A stretch of DNA of 64,000 nt from Octopus sinensis. Lineage: Eukaryota. Shown one piece after another: positions 26,690-40,095 of this stretch (positions within the stretch are counted from its first letter, which is position 1; each line of letters opens with the position of its first letter). The translations under genes were made by a program, and so were the position numbers. A model generated the notes under the pieces. It did no database searches. It had not been told where the DNA came from and was given only the letters and a program-made list of their open reading frames with translations. The stretch is taken from NCBI RefSeq assembly GCF_006345805.1, contig NC_042999.1, forward strand, positions 74,214,001 to 74,278,000, given 5' to 3'.

Positions 26690-28150
26690 TATACATACAC
26701 GTATAATAATTTTAAAAATCGTAGTTTAGATGTAGTTTCGCTTACTGATGGTGGAAATTTTTGGTAAATGTATAGTTTAACACCCAACTCGATTTCGGTG
26801 GGAAATAATGATTTTTCTTCGTTATTTTCTTGTGTTGTCTTGTGCGGTTCGATTTTAACAGTTATTTTTTCACATGGAAGTGACAAAGGAGCATATGCAG
26901 CATATTTTGCTTTATAAGTTCAATAAAGGCAACAACGCAACAGAAAATGCGAAGAATATCAATGCAGTATATAGGGATCGGACAATAAGCATAAGCCAGT
27001 GTCAACGGTGGTTCCAGAAACTACAGCCTAGAAGACGAACCTCGTCCTGGAAGATCTGTAGAGCTCGGCGAGGACATCCAGCAAACCCTAGTGAACCAAA
27101 ATTCCATCGTAACTGTTGAGGAACTAGCAGAGAAGCTTGGATTTTGTCATTCAACCATTCATCGACACATGCGCAAAAAAGAAAAAATAACAATCGTTGG
27201 TTGCCATCAGGACTAATACTCGGCCACATACAGCGAAGATGACATTCCAAAGGCTGGAGCAGTTTAAGTGAGAAACGATGCCCCACCTACTATATTTTAT
27301 GGACGTTGTCCCATCTGATTATCATTTATTCTGCAGTCTTCAAAATCATTTGGAAGGAAAAGGTATGAATTCTGTAGACGAGATCAGAACAGTACTGGAG
27401 GAGTATTTTTCGTCACGGGCAAGTGAATTTTGGAAGAGGGGCCTTGAAAGTCTACAAGGTAGATGGAAGAGCATTGTAGAAAATGAAGGAGAGTATATTT
27501 TAGATTGAAAAAGAACTTTGTTAATCTTAATTTTGGAAAGATAAAAGGATAAAAAATACTCATTTGTAGTGATCCTGTACAACGGCGCGCGCGCGCACCG
27601 CCCCCTTTCTGTTTCGCGCGTGCGGAGGGATTGAAAGAGGGAATTTGCTGACGTGGTGTTTGGTTTGTTGGGCCAAGGGAGCGTGAACCTTAAAAGGGTC
27701 CGGGAGATACAGCAGCAGCAGGCAGTGACTTGAGACACGACGACCGAAGGCAACGCACGTGTAATTCTTTCTCTCTCCGGACTTGATCATAGCAGCAGCC
27801 TTTACCAAAAGACTTTTAACCTGAATTGTTGCAGACAACATCATCTTCTTTCTCCGGACGCCATTTTTGACCCGTTCTGTTTTTAGCGGCTGAACATTGT
27901 AAAATCTTACAAGCGATTAACTTTCAGCCTTGCACATCCATACCAAGCGGAACCAGATATACCACTTATTTGTTACTGTCATAAGAGAATAAAGTAGATA
28001 TATATTTTTTACGTCTGCGTCTTGTTTGTTTCTGACTGGTAAAATCTGGATATTAAAGCAACGGAAAGTGATTGCACCAACTTGCACCCCAAAAGTGCAA
28101 GAGAAGACGTTCACCGCCGTTTCACATTATTTATGGGATGGCCCAGTTCA
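26690..28150 (+). mobile_element. Internally deleted mariner (Mos1-like) transposon; right end interrupted by a solo LTR
   Basis: MEVTKEHMQHILLYKFNKGNNATE..CQRWFQK (HTH, 26874); H.DN.RPH-like and D..PSDYHLF..LQNHL..RW..IVENEGEY (27278-27508). TIR-like CATTATTTATGGGATGGCCCAG at 28125-28146. Left boundary uncertain. Confidence 0.8.
27565..28124. mobile_element. Solo LTR (560 bp)
   Basis: Begins TGTAG and ends TTTCA (TG..CA), flanked by a CATT duplication at 27561-27564 and 28125-28128. CpG-rich first half. Confidence 0.7.
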
Positions 28151-28610
28151 TACAAAAGTTCTTTCAATCGTACACACATACCTAGAACTAAATATAGTTG
28201 AAACATACCCATTCATGCTCACATACATATAAATACCCTCATACTTACACACATAAACACAGATATCGACACACATGTATGCAAACATATTCACTCATAA
28301 ACATACCCATCCCACCAAATGCACACAAATCATTCTTTACGCACACAATGACGCAATTATACATGCACAAATGCATAAGTATATACTGGTACATTAAATT
28401 ATACAACAAAAAAATTACAACTTCAGAATTGAAGTGTCCTGATTGGTTGAATGAAATTTTATTGAATCATGAGTTCATATAGAAAGTACATCTGAGAGAG
28501 TCGACGGTGAGGTAAGACGTCATAAATTTCTTCTAAGCAAATGTCACTATTTACTGTAATTACATTCCTTGGTTCAATGGCTTTTCAGTAAACATTCATT
28601 CTCTCTCTCA

Positions 28611-28678
<68 letters not shown>

Positions 28679-29560
28679 CATATTGTGGAAAATAAGTATG
28701 AGCGCTTTCTACTTGATATAGACAAACATAACAATTGGTCCTTTATTTACCTAATGAAATTAATTATATAATCGTCCACCACTACAACTGTATGCTTTAA
28801 TTCGCCGAGTAAGATGTGTTGTACTTCCAGACATACAGAAGGTGTTTAGAAGAGCGACCTAAGATCGGAAAGAACACACTTTACTATGGAAATTAGTGAA
28901 TTTTCACTCATGGACGATTATGCAATCGATTATAACAAATAAGAGACTATTGGGCTTACAAAGAATAAGTCCCGGGGTCGAGTTGCTCGACTAAAGGCGG
29001 TGCTCCAGCATGGCCGCAGTCAAATGACTGAAACAAGTAAAAGGGTAAAAGAGTATAACATTATAACATACATAGAATATACATTTATACATCAGACATT
29101 TGTTTGTTTGTTTGTTTTTCCAGTTTCAGCTCTTGAGCTGTGGCCATGCTGGGGCACCGCCATTGTGGTGAAAGAGTACAGCAGGGATCACCACCCCCTG
29201 CCGGAGCCTCGTAGAGCTTTTAGGTGTTTTCGCTCAATAAACACACACAACGCCGGTCTGAGAATCGAAACCGCGATCCTGCGACCGCGAGTCCGCTGCC
29301 CTAACCACTAGGCCATTGCGCCTCTACATGTATCATTATAATATATATTTCTTTCATAAGTGTGTGTGAAGAAAAAGTTCGTGTTCCATGTTTTTGTTTT
29401 TTATGTTCTCGTTTTTCATTTTGTTCACATTTTTTGATGTCCTGTACCTATATGAGCCTATATGTTATATACATATATATGTAGGTATGTACATATATGT
29501 GTGTATATATGCATATATACATATTATTTATATTATATATATACATATATATATACATGT

Positions 29561-29611
<51 letters not shown>

Positions 29612-29621
29612 ATTATATAAT

Positions 29622-29652
<31 letters not shown>

Positions 29653-29764
29653 CATATATACATATACTATATACATATCTATCTATATATATACGTATAT
29701 TTATATAAAGTTATATATACACATACCTATATATATACATACATATACACACACACACACACAT

Positions 29765-29824
<60 letters not shown>

Positions 29825-29911
29825 TATATACATATATATATATGCTTACATATTTATATATAGATATATACATATCTATATTCATATATTATATACAGGT
29901 ATGTATGTACG

Positions 29912-29943
<32 letters not shown>

Positions 29944-30014
29944 ATATATTATATATATATATATATATATGTGTGTATAATATATATACATATATTCAAA
30001 ATAATATTAAATGA

Positions 30015-30552
30015 GCCCTTTTAAAGCCTACCCAGGCTCATGAGCCTGGTTCCCGGTTTCAATGGCGTAAGTGTTTCCAGCTGGACAGGACGCCAGTCCA
30101 TAGCAGCGTTACTCATTTTTACCAGCTGAGTGGACTGGAACAACGTCAAATGAAGTGTTTTGCTCAAGAACACAATCCGTCGTCCGGTCTAGGAATCGAA
30201 ACCACAATCTTACGATTATGATGCTGACGCCCTAACCACTAAGCCACGCGCCTCCACTATAAAAATGCGCCCTTTTAAAGCCTAGCCAGGCTCATGGGCC
30301 CGGTTCCCGGTTTCACTGGCGCATGTGTTTCCAGCTGGGCAGGATGCCAGTCCATCGCAGCGTTACTCATTTTTGCCAACTGAGTGGACTGGAGCAACGT
30401 CAAATGAAGTGTTTTGCTCAAGAACACAATCCGTCGTCCGGTCTAGGAATCGAAACCACAAACTTACGATCATGATGCTGACGTCCTAACCACTAAGCCA
30501 CGCACCTCCACTATAAAAATGCACCCTTTTAAAGCCTAGCCACGCGCCTCCA
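30015..30552 (-). mobile_element. Tandemly duplicated SINE (254-bp period, two copies plus a remnant)
   Basis: Units start at 30015, 30269 and 30523; tRNA-like head on the minus strand (GGCGCGTGGCTTAGTGGTTAGG..GGTTTCGATTCC). Confidence 0.85.
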
Positions 30553-31026
30553 CATACATATATATATATACATATCTATATATACATATGTATATACATA
30601 TACATATACATATACATATATATATATATACATACATATATACATATATATACATATATATACATATATATATATATATAAATATATATGCATATATATA
30701 CATATATATATATACATATATATAGACATTTACACACACATATATACATATATAGGAAAAATTATTAAAGGAGACAAGCGCTCAAGATGTTATTAAAACA
30801 TTTATATCTTCATATCTTCTACATATGTGTCGATGGATGCATTCAAAATGCGTCCAACAGGAGGAATTATGGTTAGGTATGCATCAATCTCATCAGGGAA
30901 GATATAAACAACAACACTCATCAAATAGACATTTTTACAGATAGAGGAAGCCCTAGAAAATGTAACATATTTATATGCATGTGCACGCACAAGCACACGC
31001 TTATTTTCAACATGCATACGTAAACA

Positions 31027-31094
<68 letters not shown>

Positions 31095-31744
31095 AATACG
31101 AACATGTATGTGTGCAAGCATATACACACTCACACAAACATAGATACATAGATACATACATACATACATACATACATACGCGTACACTCATACATATACT
31201 CATAGCGCATATATAAATACATGCGTATACGTTAATAGACTTTTACGACCATCTACACATACGCATAAACACACGTTCACATACATGCACAAGAGCATAC
31301 ACATCCCAAAACATAGATAGACCCAAACACATACTTACATACACAGACTCATACTTAAGTACACATACACGTTTGTACATAAATATAGTATACATACAGG
31401 AAAAAAAAACCCAGATATATATATGGAAAGACAAATTGTGAGAGAACGCTAAATATTTAAAAGTGTCGTTAAGGAAATATACTTCATAAGGTGAGAGAAG
31501 AAGAAAAAGTATCGAAAGATAGGGAGAGGGAAAAGAGAAAACAAAGTAAAAGGGGGAGAGGGGAGAGAGTAGCGGGCAAAATTGTATAGATAAAAGGTAG
31601 GAAGGAATAAAGGTCACGGACAGTAAGATAGAAGAATAAAGGAAAGATGATTTGCAGAAGATTGTTATTGGGTAATGGGTAGATGCTATTTGGAAAAAAA
31701 AACTGAAAGAATGTTTTTTCCAGTGTATACACTTGTAAACTTGC

Positions 31745-33245
31745 TCCTAGGATATACACAAGATGAAGGAGGGTAAAATATTCCCTATTCATAAAGGAGG
31801 TAGCAAATCAGAGTCCAAAAACTACAGACCTATCTCTCTGACCTCGCACATCAGCAAAGTCATGGAACGAATAGTCAGAAGGAAATTAATCACCAGCCTT
31901 GAGGAAAATGACTTGCTGACTGACAACCAATATGATTTCCAACCAAGAAGAAGCTGCCTAACTCAGCTCTTCCAACACTATTACTGGGTGTTGAAACAGC
32001 TGCTCAACCACTCAAATGTGGAAGTGATATATCTCGACTTTGCAAAGGCCTTCGATAAAGTCGATCATGTGTCACAAATATGTCACAAATTGCGTGATCT
32101 CGGCATAGTCGGGAAATTGGGAGAATGGCTGCATGACTTTCTGAAGGATAGAAGTCAGGCGGTAGTAGCCAATGGGGCCACCACCAATCACACACAAATA
32201 GTGAGCAGTGTTCCACAAGACACTGTTTTGGAACCACTACAGTTCATAATAGCCCTATGCCCCCCTCTCCAGCCACACAGAATCACGATCTCAAGTTATG
32301 CAGATGATACAAAAGTTTCACAGGTGATACAGAACCCTGAAGACACTATGTACCTGCAATGTGAGTTGGATGGAAATATACAAGTGGGCTGAAAAGAATA
32401 GGAGCTTAATGCTGAAAAGTTTCAAACCTGGTGTTATCAGCATGCAAATCTAAATGCAATACCAATTAAATACTCAGGACCTGGGGGGATTGCAATCCCA
32501 GAGACACAGTCAGTGCGAGACCTGGACATTTACATGAGTAATGATGCATCCTTCCATGTGCATGTTGCTAAGTTGACAATAAAATGCAGGCGGCTGACCA
32601 GATAGGTTCTTAGAATCTTTAGAACACGAGATCGGGAAACCATGAGGGTCCACTGGAGGACACTTGTCCTAAGCCACTTTGACTATTACTCTCAGATATA
32701 GTCACCAACAAGTGTCAAATTAATTGCAGAACTTGAGGCAATTCAAAGCTACACGAAGAAGATAGATTCTATGCAGCATATAAGTTACTCGGAAAGACTC
32801 AAGAGATTAAGACTCTATTCCTTAGAGCGTAGGTGTGAAAAATATGCCGTAATATACATCTGGAAGATCCTGAAGGGACTTGTCCCAAACTTTGACATCG
32901 AACGTTACACTAATACTAGAACAGGACGCCACTGCATAGTGTCAAGGAACCCAATTTGCCATCACTATATAGAACAAGATAGTGCAACAGCCTGGGCTTT
33001 AGGGGACCACAGCTCTTCAATATTCTCCTGAATGTCCTGAGAGGCCTGCATGGGGTAGATGTGTTTTCAAAACGAAACTAGACCCCTTACTGTCAAGTGT
33101 TCCAGATGATCCAGCTTCATAGCAGGACGTGCAGATGAGGGCAGCTGCATCAAACTCCCCCCTGCACCAAATGTCAATTTCTAAAAAGAATTAGTGAAGT
33201 AAAATTATGTCGCAACACCAAATGGTGGTACCCCAGCATGGCAAC
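31745..33245 (+). mobile_element. 5'-truncated CR1-clade LINE (RT fragment and 3' end)
   Basis: IFPIHKGGSK..NYRPISLTSHISKVMERIV, VIYLDFAKAFDKVDH, VPQ.TVL.P, SYADDTK, LYSLERR. Confidence 0.88.
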
Positions 33246-33267
33246 TAGATCATATTAGATCAAACAC

Positions 33268-33543
<276 letters not shown>

Positions 33544-33663
33544 CAATTTAGGAGTGACCTTAACAGGCCATTCGTCCACCAGAAAGAGCAGCCATAACTC
33601 ACACCGCCAAGTAGTAGTAATTCAGAAATTAGGTGAAAATTTAAAAACATTTACCCTAATTCT

Positions 33664-33763
33664 CTTTAGACGATGCATCGTTTTTGTGTTATTAATGATT
33701 AAATTAGCTTAATTAAATTAAATTAAGCTAATCTACCATAGGTCACACTTCATCAGTAAAAAA
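33664..33763 (-). ncRNA. Type I hammerhead motif, core-mutated copy
   Basis: Same fold, but GAAA is AAAA (G12A), predicted inactive. Confidence 0.55.
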
Positions 33764-34133
33764 CCTGGGAGAGAGACAATATACACGAGGCGTCTGTATC
33801 GATGCCTCCGGAATATCTGTCTTAAAATTTTCAAGACCGACGTATTCGCGCCAAACTTATCAGCAGTAAATATAACCTGCCGATTCAATCTCAGAATATT
33901 CAGAAAATTATCAATTAGTCAATTTAGGGTAGCAAAAAATTCAATAGAAATTTATCGCTACCAGCGGCCTAGTGGAAAAGAGAAAATAGTCAAAGACTAA
34001 ATATATAAATATAACAATTTAGGAGTGACCTTAACAGGCCATTCGTCCACCAGAAAGAGCAGCCATAACTCACACCGCAAGAAGTAGTAATTCAGAAATT
34101 AGGTGAAAATTTAAAAGCATTTACCCTAATTCA

Positions 34134-34233
34134 TCTTTTAGACGATGCATCATTTCTGTGTTATAATGATTAAATTAGCTTAATTAAATAAATTAAGCTA
34201 ATCTACCATAGGTCACACTTCATCAGTAAAAAA
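34134..34233 (-). ncRNA. Type I hammerhead motif, second copy
   Basis: Same fold; GAAAU instead of GAAAC gives a U-G wobble in stem III. GUC at 34143-34141. Confidence 0.65.
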
Positions 34234-34603
34234 CCTGGGGAGACAAATATACACGAGGCGTCTGTATCGATGCCTCCGGAATATCCGTCTTAAAATTTTC
34301 AAGACCGACGTATTCGCGCCAAACTTATCAGCAGTAAATATAACCTGCCGATTCAATCTCAGAATTATTCAGAAAATTATCAATTAGTCAATTTAAGGTA
34401 GCAAAAAATTCAATAGAAATTTATCGCTACCAGCGGCCTAGTGGAAAAGAGAAAATAGTCAAAGACTAAATATATAAATATAACAATTTAGGAGTGACCT
34501 TAACAGGCCATTCGTCCACCAGAAAGAGCAGCCATAACTCACACCGCCAAGTAGTAGTAATTCAGAAATTAGGTGAAAATTTAAAAACTTTTACCCTAAT
34601 TCA

Positions 34604-34705
34604 TCTTTTAGACGATGCATCGTTTCTGTGTTATTAATGATTAAATTAGCTTAATTAAATTAAATTAAGCTAATCTACCATAGGTCACACTTCATCAGTA
34701 AAAAA
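34604..34705 (-). ncRNA. Type I hammerhead ribozyme motif (best copy)
   Basis: UUUUUUA-CUGAUGA-A-GUGU..[12-bp hairpin]..ACAC-A-GAAA-CGAUGCAUCGUC^UAAAAGA. Stem I UUUUA/UAAAA, palindromic stem III, GUC cleavage triplet at 34613-34611. Atypical A.A opposition at the base of stem II. Confidence 0.75.
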
Positions 34706-35012
34706 TATATATATATATATATATACATATATACATACATATTTTTACATATATATTATATATATTATTCATATATATATAATATATATATTTATATATA
34801 TACATATATATACTTATTTATATATATACATATATACTTATTTATATACATACATGTATATATATATATATAATATATATATATATGTAAATACATATAT
34901 ATATATATATATATATATATGGACATATATATATATTTATATATATACTTATATATTTATATATATACATATACACATATATGTATATATATACATGCAT
35001 ATATATATACAT

Positions 35013-35069
<57 letters not shown>

Positions 35070-35259
35070 CGGGAAGCTTTATGAAAATAGACAAAAGACG
35101 AAGGCAGGTGGAAAACAACAAACAATTGTATTATATGTATGTATGTATGTATGTATATACATATATATCTACATAGATATATACATATAATTGTTAAGGA
35201 GGACAACAGACACTAAGGCATGGCAAACATCTCTAGTCGCATACAATATTATCATTGCC

Positions 35260-35863
35260 GAAGGCGGCAAGCTGACAGAAACTTTAGCACGCCGGGCGAA
35301 ATGCTTAGCAGTATTTCGTCTGCCGTTGCGTTCTGAGTTCAAATTCCGCCGAGGTCGACTTTGCTTTTCATCCTTTCGGGGTCGATAAATTAAGTACCAG
35401 TTATGCACTGGGGTCGATATAATCGACTTAATCCGTTTGTCTTCTCTGTGTTTAGCCCCTTGTGGATAGTAAAGAAATAAATATTTCGTCTGCCGTTACG
35501 TTCTGAGTTCAAATTCCGCCGAGGTCGACTTTGCCTTACATCATTCCGGGGTCGATTAAATAAGTACCAGTTACACACTGATGTCGATATAATCGACATA
35601 ATCCCATTGTCTGTCCTTGTTTGTCCTCTCTATGTTTAGCCCCTTGTGGGCAATAAAGAAATAAGAAACATTAGCATGCCGGGCGAAATGCTTAGCGGTA
35701 CTTCGTATGTCTTTACGTTCTGAGTTCAAATTTGGCCGAGGTTGACTTTGCTTTTCATCCTTTCGGCGCCGATAAATTAAGTACCAGTTGCGTACTGGGG
35801 TCGATTTAATCGACTGCCCCCACTTCCCCAAAATTCCAAGCCTTGTGCCGAGGGTAGAAAAGA
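35260..35863 (+). mobile_element. Trimeric tRNA-derived SINE array
   Basis: One full head followed by two head-truncated units; B box GAGTTCAAAT in each. Confidence 0.85.
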
Positions 35864-36391
35864 ATATTATTATTGCCAAAATATTTTTCCAATAAGATTA
35901 TATACGACGTGAGATGTTTGACTTGCCTTAATCTTTGTTGTCCTCTTTAACAATTACATATTCGGTGCATAGGAAATCTGCAATGGCTCCATAGCTAAAG
36001 CTTCGGCTATAACCTTCGAGTCCTAGCAATCCGCTACAGCACTTCCCAGGTGTACCTAATCGTTTAGATTACCTGTGAACTAAACCCCATACATTGTATG
36101 CATACATATATATACATATATACTTACATATATATATATACATACATATACATACATATATATACATATATACATACATAAATATATATGCATATATATA
36201 CATATATATACATATATATACATACATATATACACATATATACATACATATATATACATATATACATGCATATATATACATACATATATACATACATATA
36301 TATACATATATATATATATATAAATATATACATATATATATGCATATATATATATACATATGTATATAGACATATATATATACATATATAT

Positions 36392-36483
<92 letters not shown>

Positions 36484-36957
36484 TATATATATATACATAT
36501 ACTCTTTTACTCTTAACTCTGTTACTTGTTTCTGTGGCCATGCTGGAGCTCCGCCTTTAGTCGAGCAAATCGATCCTAGGACTTACTCTTTGTAAGCCTA
36601 GTAGATATTCTATCGGTCTCTTTTGCCGAACCGCTAAGTTACGGGGTCGTAAACACACCACCATCGGTTGTCATACTTATATCTTTGTGTGTTACAAGCG
36701 TCATGCCTTGGAGGGATGAAAATATGACAGAAGAGTTCCATTAGATTTATGCAATATGTTTTGTCTCTCTATTCTCTTTTCCCTTTTCTTTTTATTTTAT
36801 TTATTATTTATTTATTTTATATTATTTTTTTGCTTAACTAGTTACAAACAAGCAAAACGTGATTTTTTTTGTCTAGGAAGAAACGTAAAATAGTCCAAAT
36901 ATTTTCAATTTCTGCATTACACCTTATTTTTCATTTTCATTATTCTTGTCATATTTT

Positions 36958-37355
36958 AAGGTGGCGAGCCGGCAGAATCGTTAGCACGCCGGGCGAAATG
37001 CTTAGCGGTATTTCGTCTGTCTCTACGTTCTGGGTTCAAATTCCGCGAGGTCGACTTTGCTTTTCATCCTTTCAGGGTCGATTAAATAAGTACCAGTTAC
37101 GCACTGGGGTCGATATAATCGACTTAATCCGTTTGTCTGTCCTTTTTTGTTCTCTCTGTGTTTAGCCCTTTGTGGGTAGTAAAGAAATAGGTATTTCGTC
37201 TACTGCTACGTTCTGAGTTCAAATTCCGCCGAGGTCGACTTTGCCTTTCATCCTTTCGAGGTCGATAAATTAAGTACCAGTTGCGTACTGAGGTCCATCT
37301 AATCGACTGGCCTCTCCCCCAAAATTTCGGGCATTGTGCCTAGAGTAGAAAAGAT
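36958..37355 (+). mobile_element. Dimeric tRNA-derived SINE
   Basis: Full head unit plus a head-truncated unit. Further partial copies at ~37680-37830, ~37910-38005, ~42240-42465 and ~43355-43555 (minus). Confidence 0.85.
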
Positions 37356-37830
37356 TATTCTTGTCATATTTTGAACCTGAGGAAGACAGATGTACTGTTG
37401 AAGTACTTAAAATTAAAATTCTAAGCGCTTCTTTTATTACCGACATATTTTACAGGAAGTAAGGAAAAAAGAAACATTAAACGTATAAAAGAACAAATTA
37501 TCGAGAAAAACATAACTACCACACCTAGGAAACAAAAAAAGCAAAGAAAAACGGGGGAGATTAAGTAACAGAAGATAGAAATGGGAACGAAGTATAGATG
37601 TTGAACAAAATTGATCTGTGTTTTTCTTACATATCGCATCATGTTCTTCTAATTGTGAATTACTACTACTATTCTGCATATTCTGAGTTCAAATTCCGCC
37701 GAGGTCGACTTTGCCTTTCATCATTTCAGGATCGATAAATGAAGTACCAGTGAAACACTGGATTCGATGTAATTGACTGGTCCCTTTCCCCTCCCCAGGA
37801 TTTCAGGCCTTATGCCTTTAGTAGAAAGGA

Positions 37831-37900
<70 letters not shown>

Positions 37901-38003
37901 CAATATCATTATTATTCTGCCGAAGTCGTCTTTACCTTTCATCCTTTCGGGGTCGACGAAATAAGTTCCCCCAAAATTTTCAAGGTCTTGTGCCTCGAGT
38001 AGA

Positions 38004-38055
<52 letters not shown>

Positions 38056-38074
38056 TAATAATAATAACTTTTGC

Positions 38075-38600
38075 TTTCTATTTGTACAAGTCGGCTCCAA
38101 GTTTCACCCAGTTAGAAGTTCATGTTGGTGTTATACTTAGGGTGTCATATACTTGGTTTTGTACATATGTTTTTTTTAAACATTCTGTAGAATAATACTA
38201 AGAAAATTATGAGTTTGCTTTAAATTTTGAGATTAGATAGACAGTATTTTACGAAGGATATGTGCAGTTCCCATGGGCACTATCTTTTGAATTTCTGCCA
38301 TTTTGGAGTTTTTTGGTATCTGAGCTAGGTAGCAATTAGCCCCTTTTGCTATCATTCCTAGGGCACCTATTACAACAGGTATTGTTTTAGTCTTGAGGTT
38401 CCACATTTTGCCAATTTCTGTTTCAAGTTCTTAATACTTGCTCAGTTTTTAGTAGGTCTTAACAGATACATTTATGTCAATTTGGATAGTCATAGCAATG
38501 AGGAGGCATGATTTTTGTCTGAAGTCTTTCAATATAATGTCTGGCTTATTCGCATCTATCTTTCTGTCAGTTTGAATGGTGAAGTTCTAGAGGAGTGAGA
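38075..38600 (-). mobile_element. 3' fragment of R4/Dong-clade LINE ending in (TAA)n
   Basis: Minus strand KLSKY.ELETEIGKMWNLKTKTIPVVIGALG..GTAHILRKILSI*; abuts the AAT tract at 38006-38070. Confidence 0.82.
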
Positions 38601-39699
38601 TGTGATTATCTTCAAGCACTGGCAAATCTGGTTGTAAGATCTAACAAAGCTTTTCATAATTTAGTGTATTTTTCAAAGTTCACAAGAAATTCTTCTTGTC
38701 TTTTAGATAAATTCTGAAAATGTACAATTTCTCTACCCTTCAATTGTATTATGAAAAGTTCTAATTTCTTATTTCGTTTTTGGATTTGGTTTGCAAGATT
38801 CTTTATGTGAGTTCGTGTGTTGAAGCATATTCTGTTGTGTCTGGGGAGAGTAATTTTCTTTTTGTGCCTTATAATTTAACACACTCACCGGTAAAATTTC
38901 CATTTATTTCTTATTTTGATTTTCCTAAAATTTTCGTTGCGTCTTGCAACCTTTTCAATAGTCTTGACTCTGTCCGTTATTTACACGGCGTTCTTTTTTG
39001 TTTGTTTGTGCGCATGTGTGTGGATCAGCTTGTGTGAAAGCCTATGCAGGCATGCATGTACGTATGTATGTATGTATGTATGTATGTATGTATGTATGTA
39101 TGTATGTATGTATGTATGTATGTATGTATGTATGCATGTGTGTGTATGTATACATGTATGTGTATGCATATGTATATATGTATGTGTGTGTGTGCATCTG
39201 TATGTATGTATTCTGCATATTCATGTGCTTGCATGTCCGTGTTTGTGTATTTTTTTTGTATGTGTGTGAGAGCTTGTGTTTGTATATGTATGCACCTCTC
39301 TCTCTCCTTGTGTGTGCATGTCTGTGTGTGTGTGTTTTGCAACTATGTACCATGTTTGTATGTATGGATGTGCATCTCTATATGTGTAGACACGTGTCTC
39401 TATATGTGTCCTTGTGTGGAGTAAAGTGTATGTGTATATATGGTCATGTGTTTCAGTCTCTATTTTCGTATGTGTGCTTGTCTGTTCATATAACCTATGT
39501 ACCTATCCGTCTGTATGTTGATCTGTTTATTTTCATATCCATATGCTTACATACATATGCATACACACACACACACACACAACACACACACACACACACA
39601 TACACACACACACACACACACATACACACACATACATACATCTACCTACACAATAGCCCACTAACTATTCTACTCTACCTGTGTAAACTGTGGGTATGG

Positions 39700-40095
39700 A
39701 AATATGATATCTACTATGTATATTTCCTATTTAGTATTGGGAAAATTTCATTTATAAGGACGTACTCCCGTATTTGTGCTTGGATAAGATGCGGATGTCA
39801 AGTTGATCCAAGTTGTCTCCATGGTGGTCTTTGGCATGTTGGTAGAGTATGGAGGACTGTTTTTTGTCGTCATATTGTCTCAGATGTTCATTTAGTCGCT
39901 CCGCAATGCTTCTAGATGTCTCCCCTATGTACGCCATGTTCATGTCTTTACAAGCACCTTCTATGCATCTTATGCTGTAAACTACATTTCGAGTTCTACA
40001 GTTAATGCAAGGGCTAATCCTACATACCATGCAGTTATCAATGGTGCATATGGTATTCTCAAAGGGGTACGTCCTACATAGTTGTGATCTGACGG
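39700..40095 (-). mobile_element. Penelope-like GIY-YIG endonuclease 3' fragment
   Basis: CRTRNVVYSIRC..C...YIGETSRS..ERLNEH, ending QIREYVLINEIFPILNRK. Confidence 0.85.
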
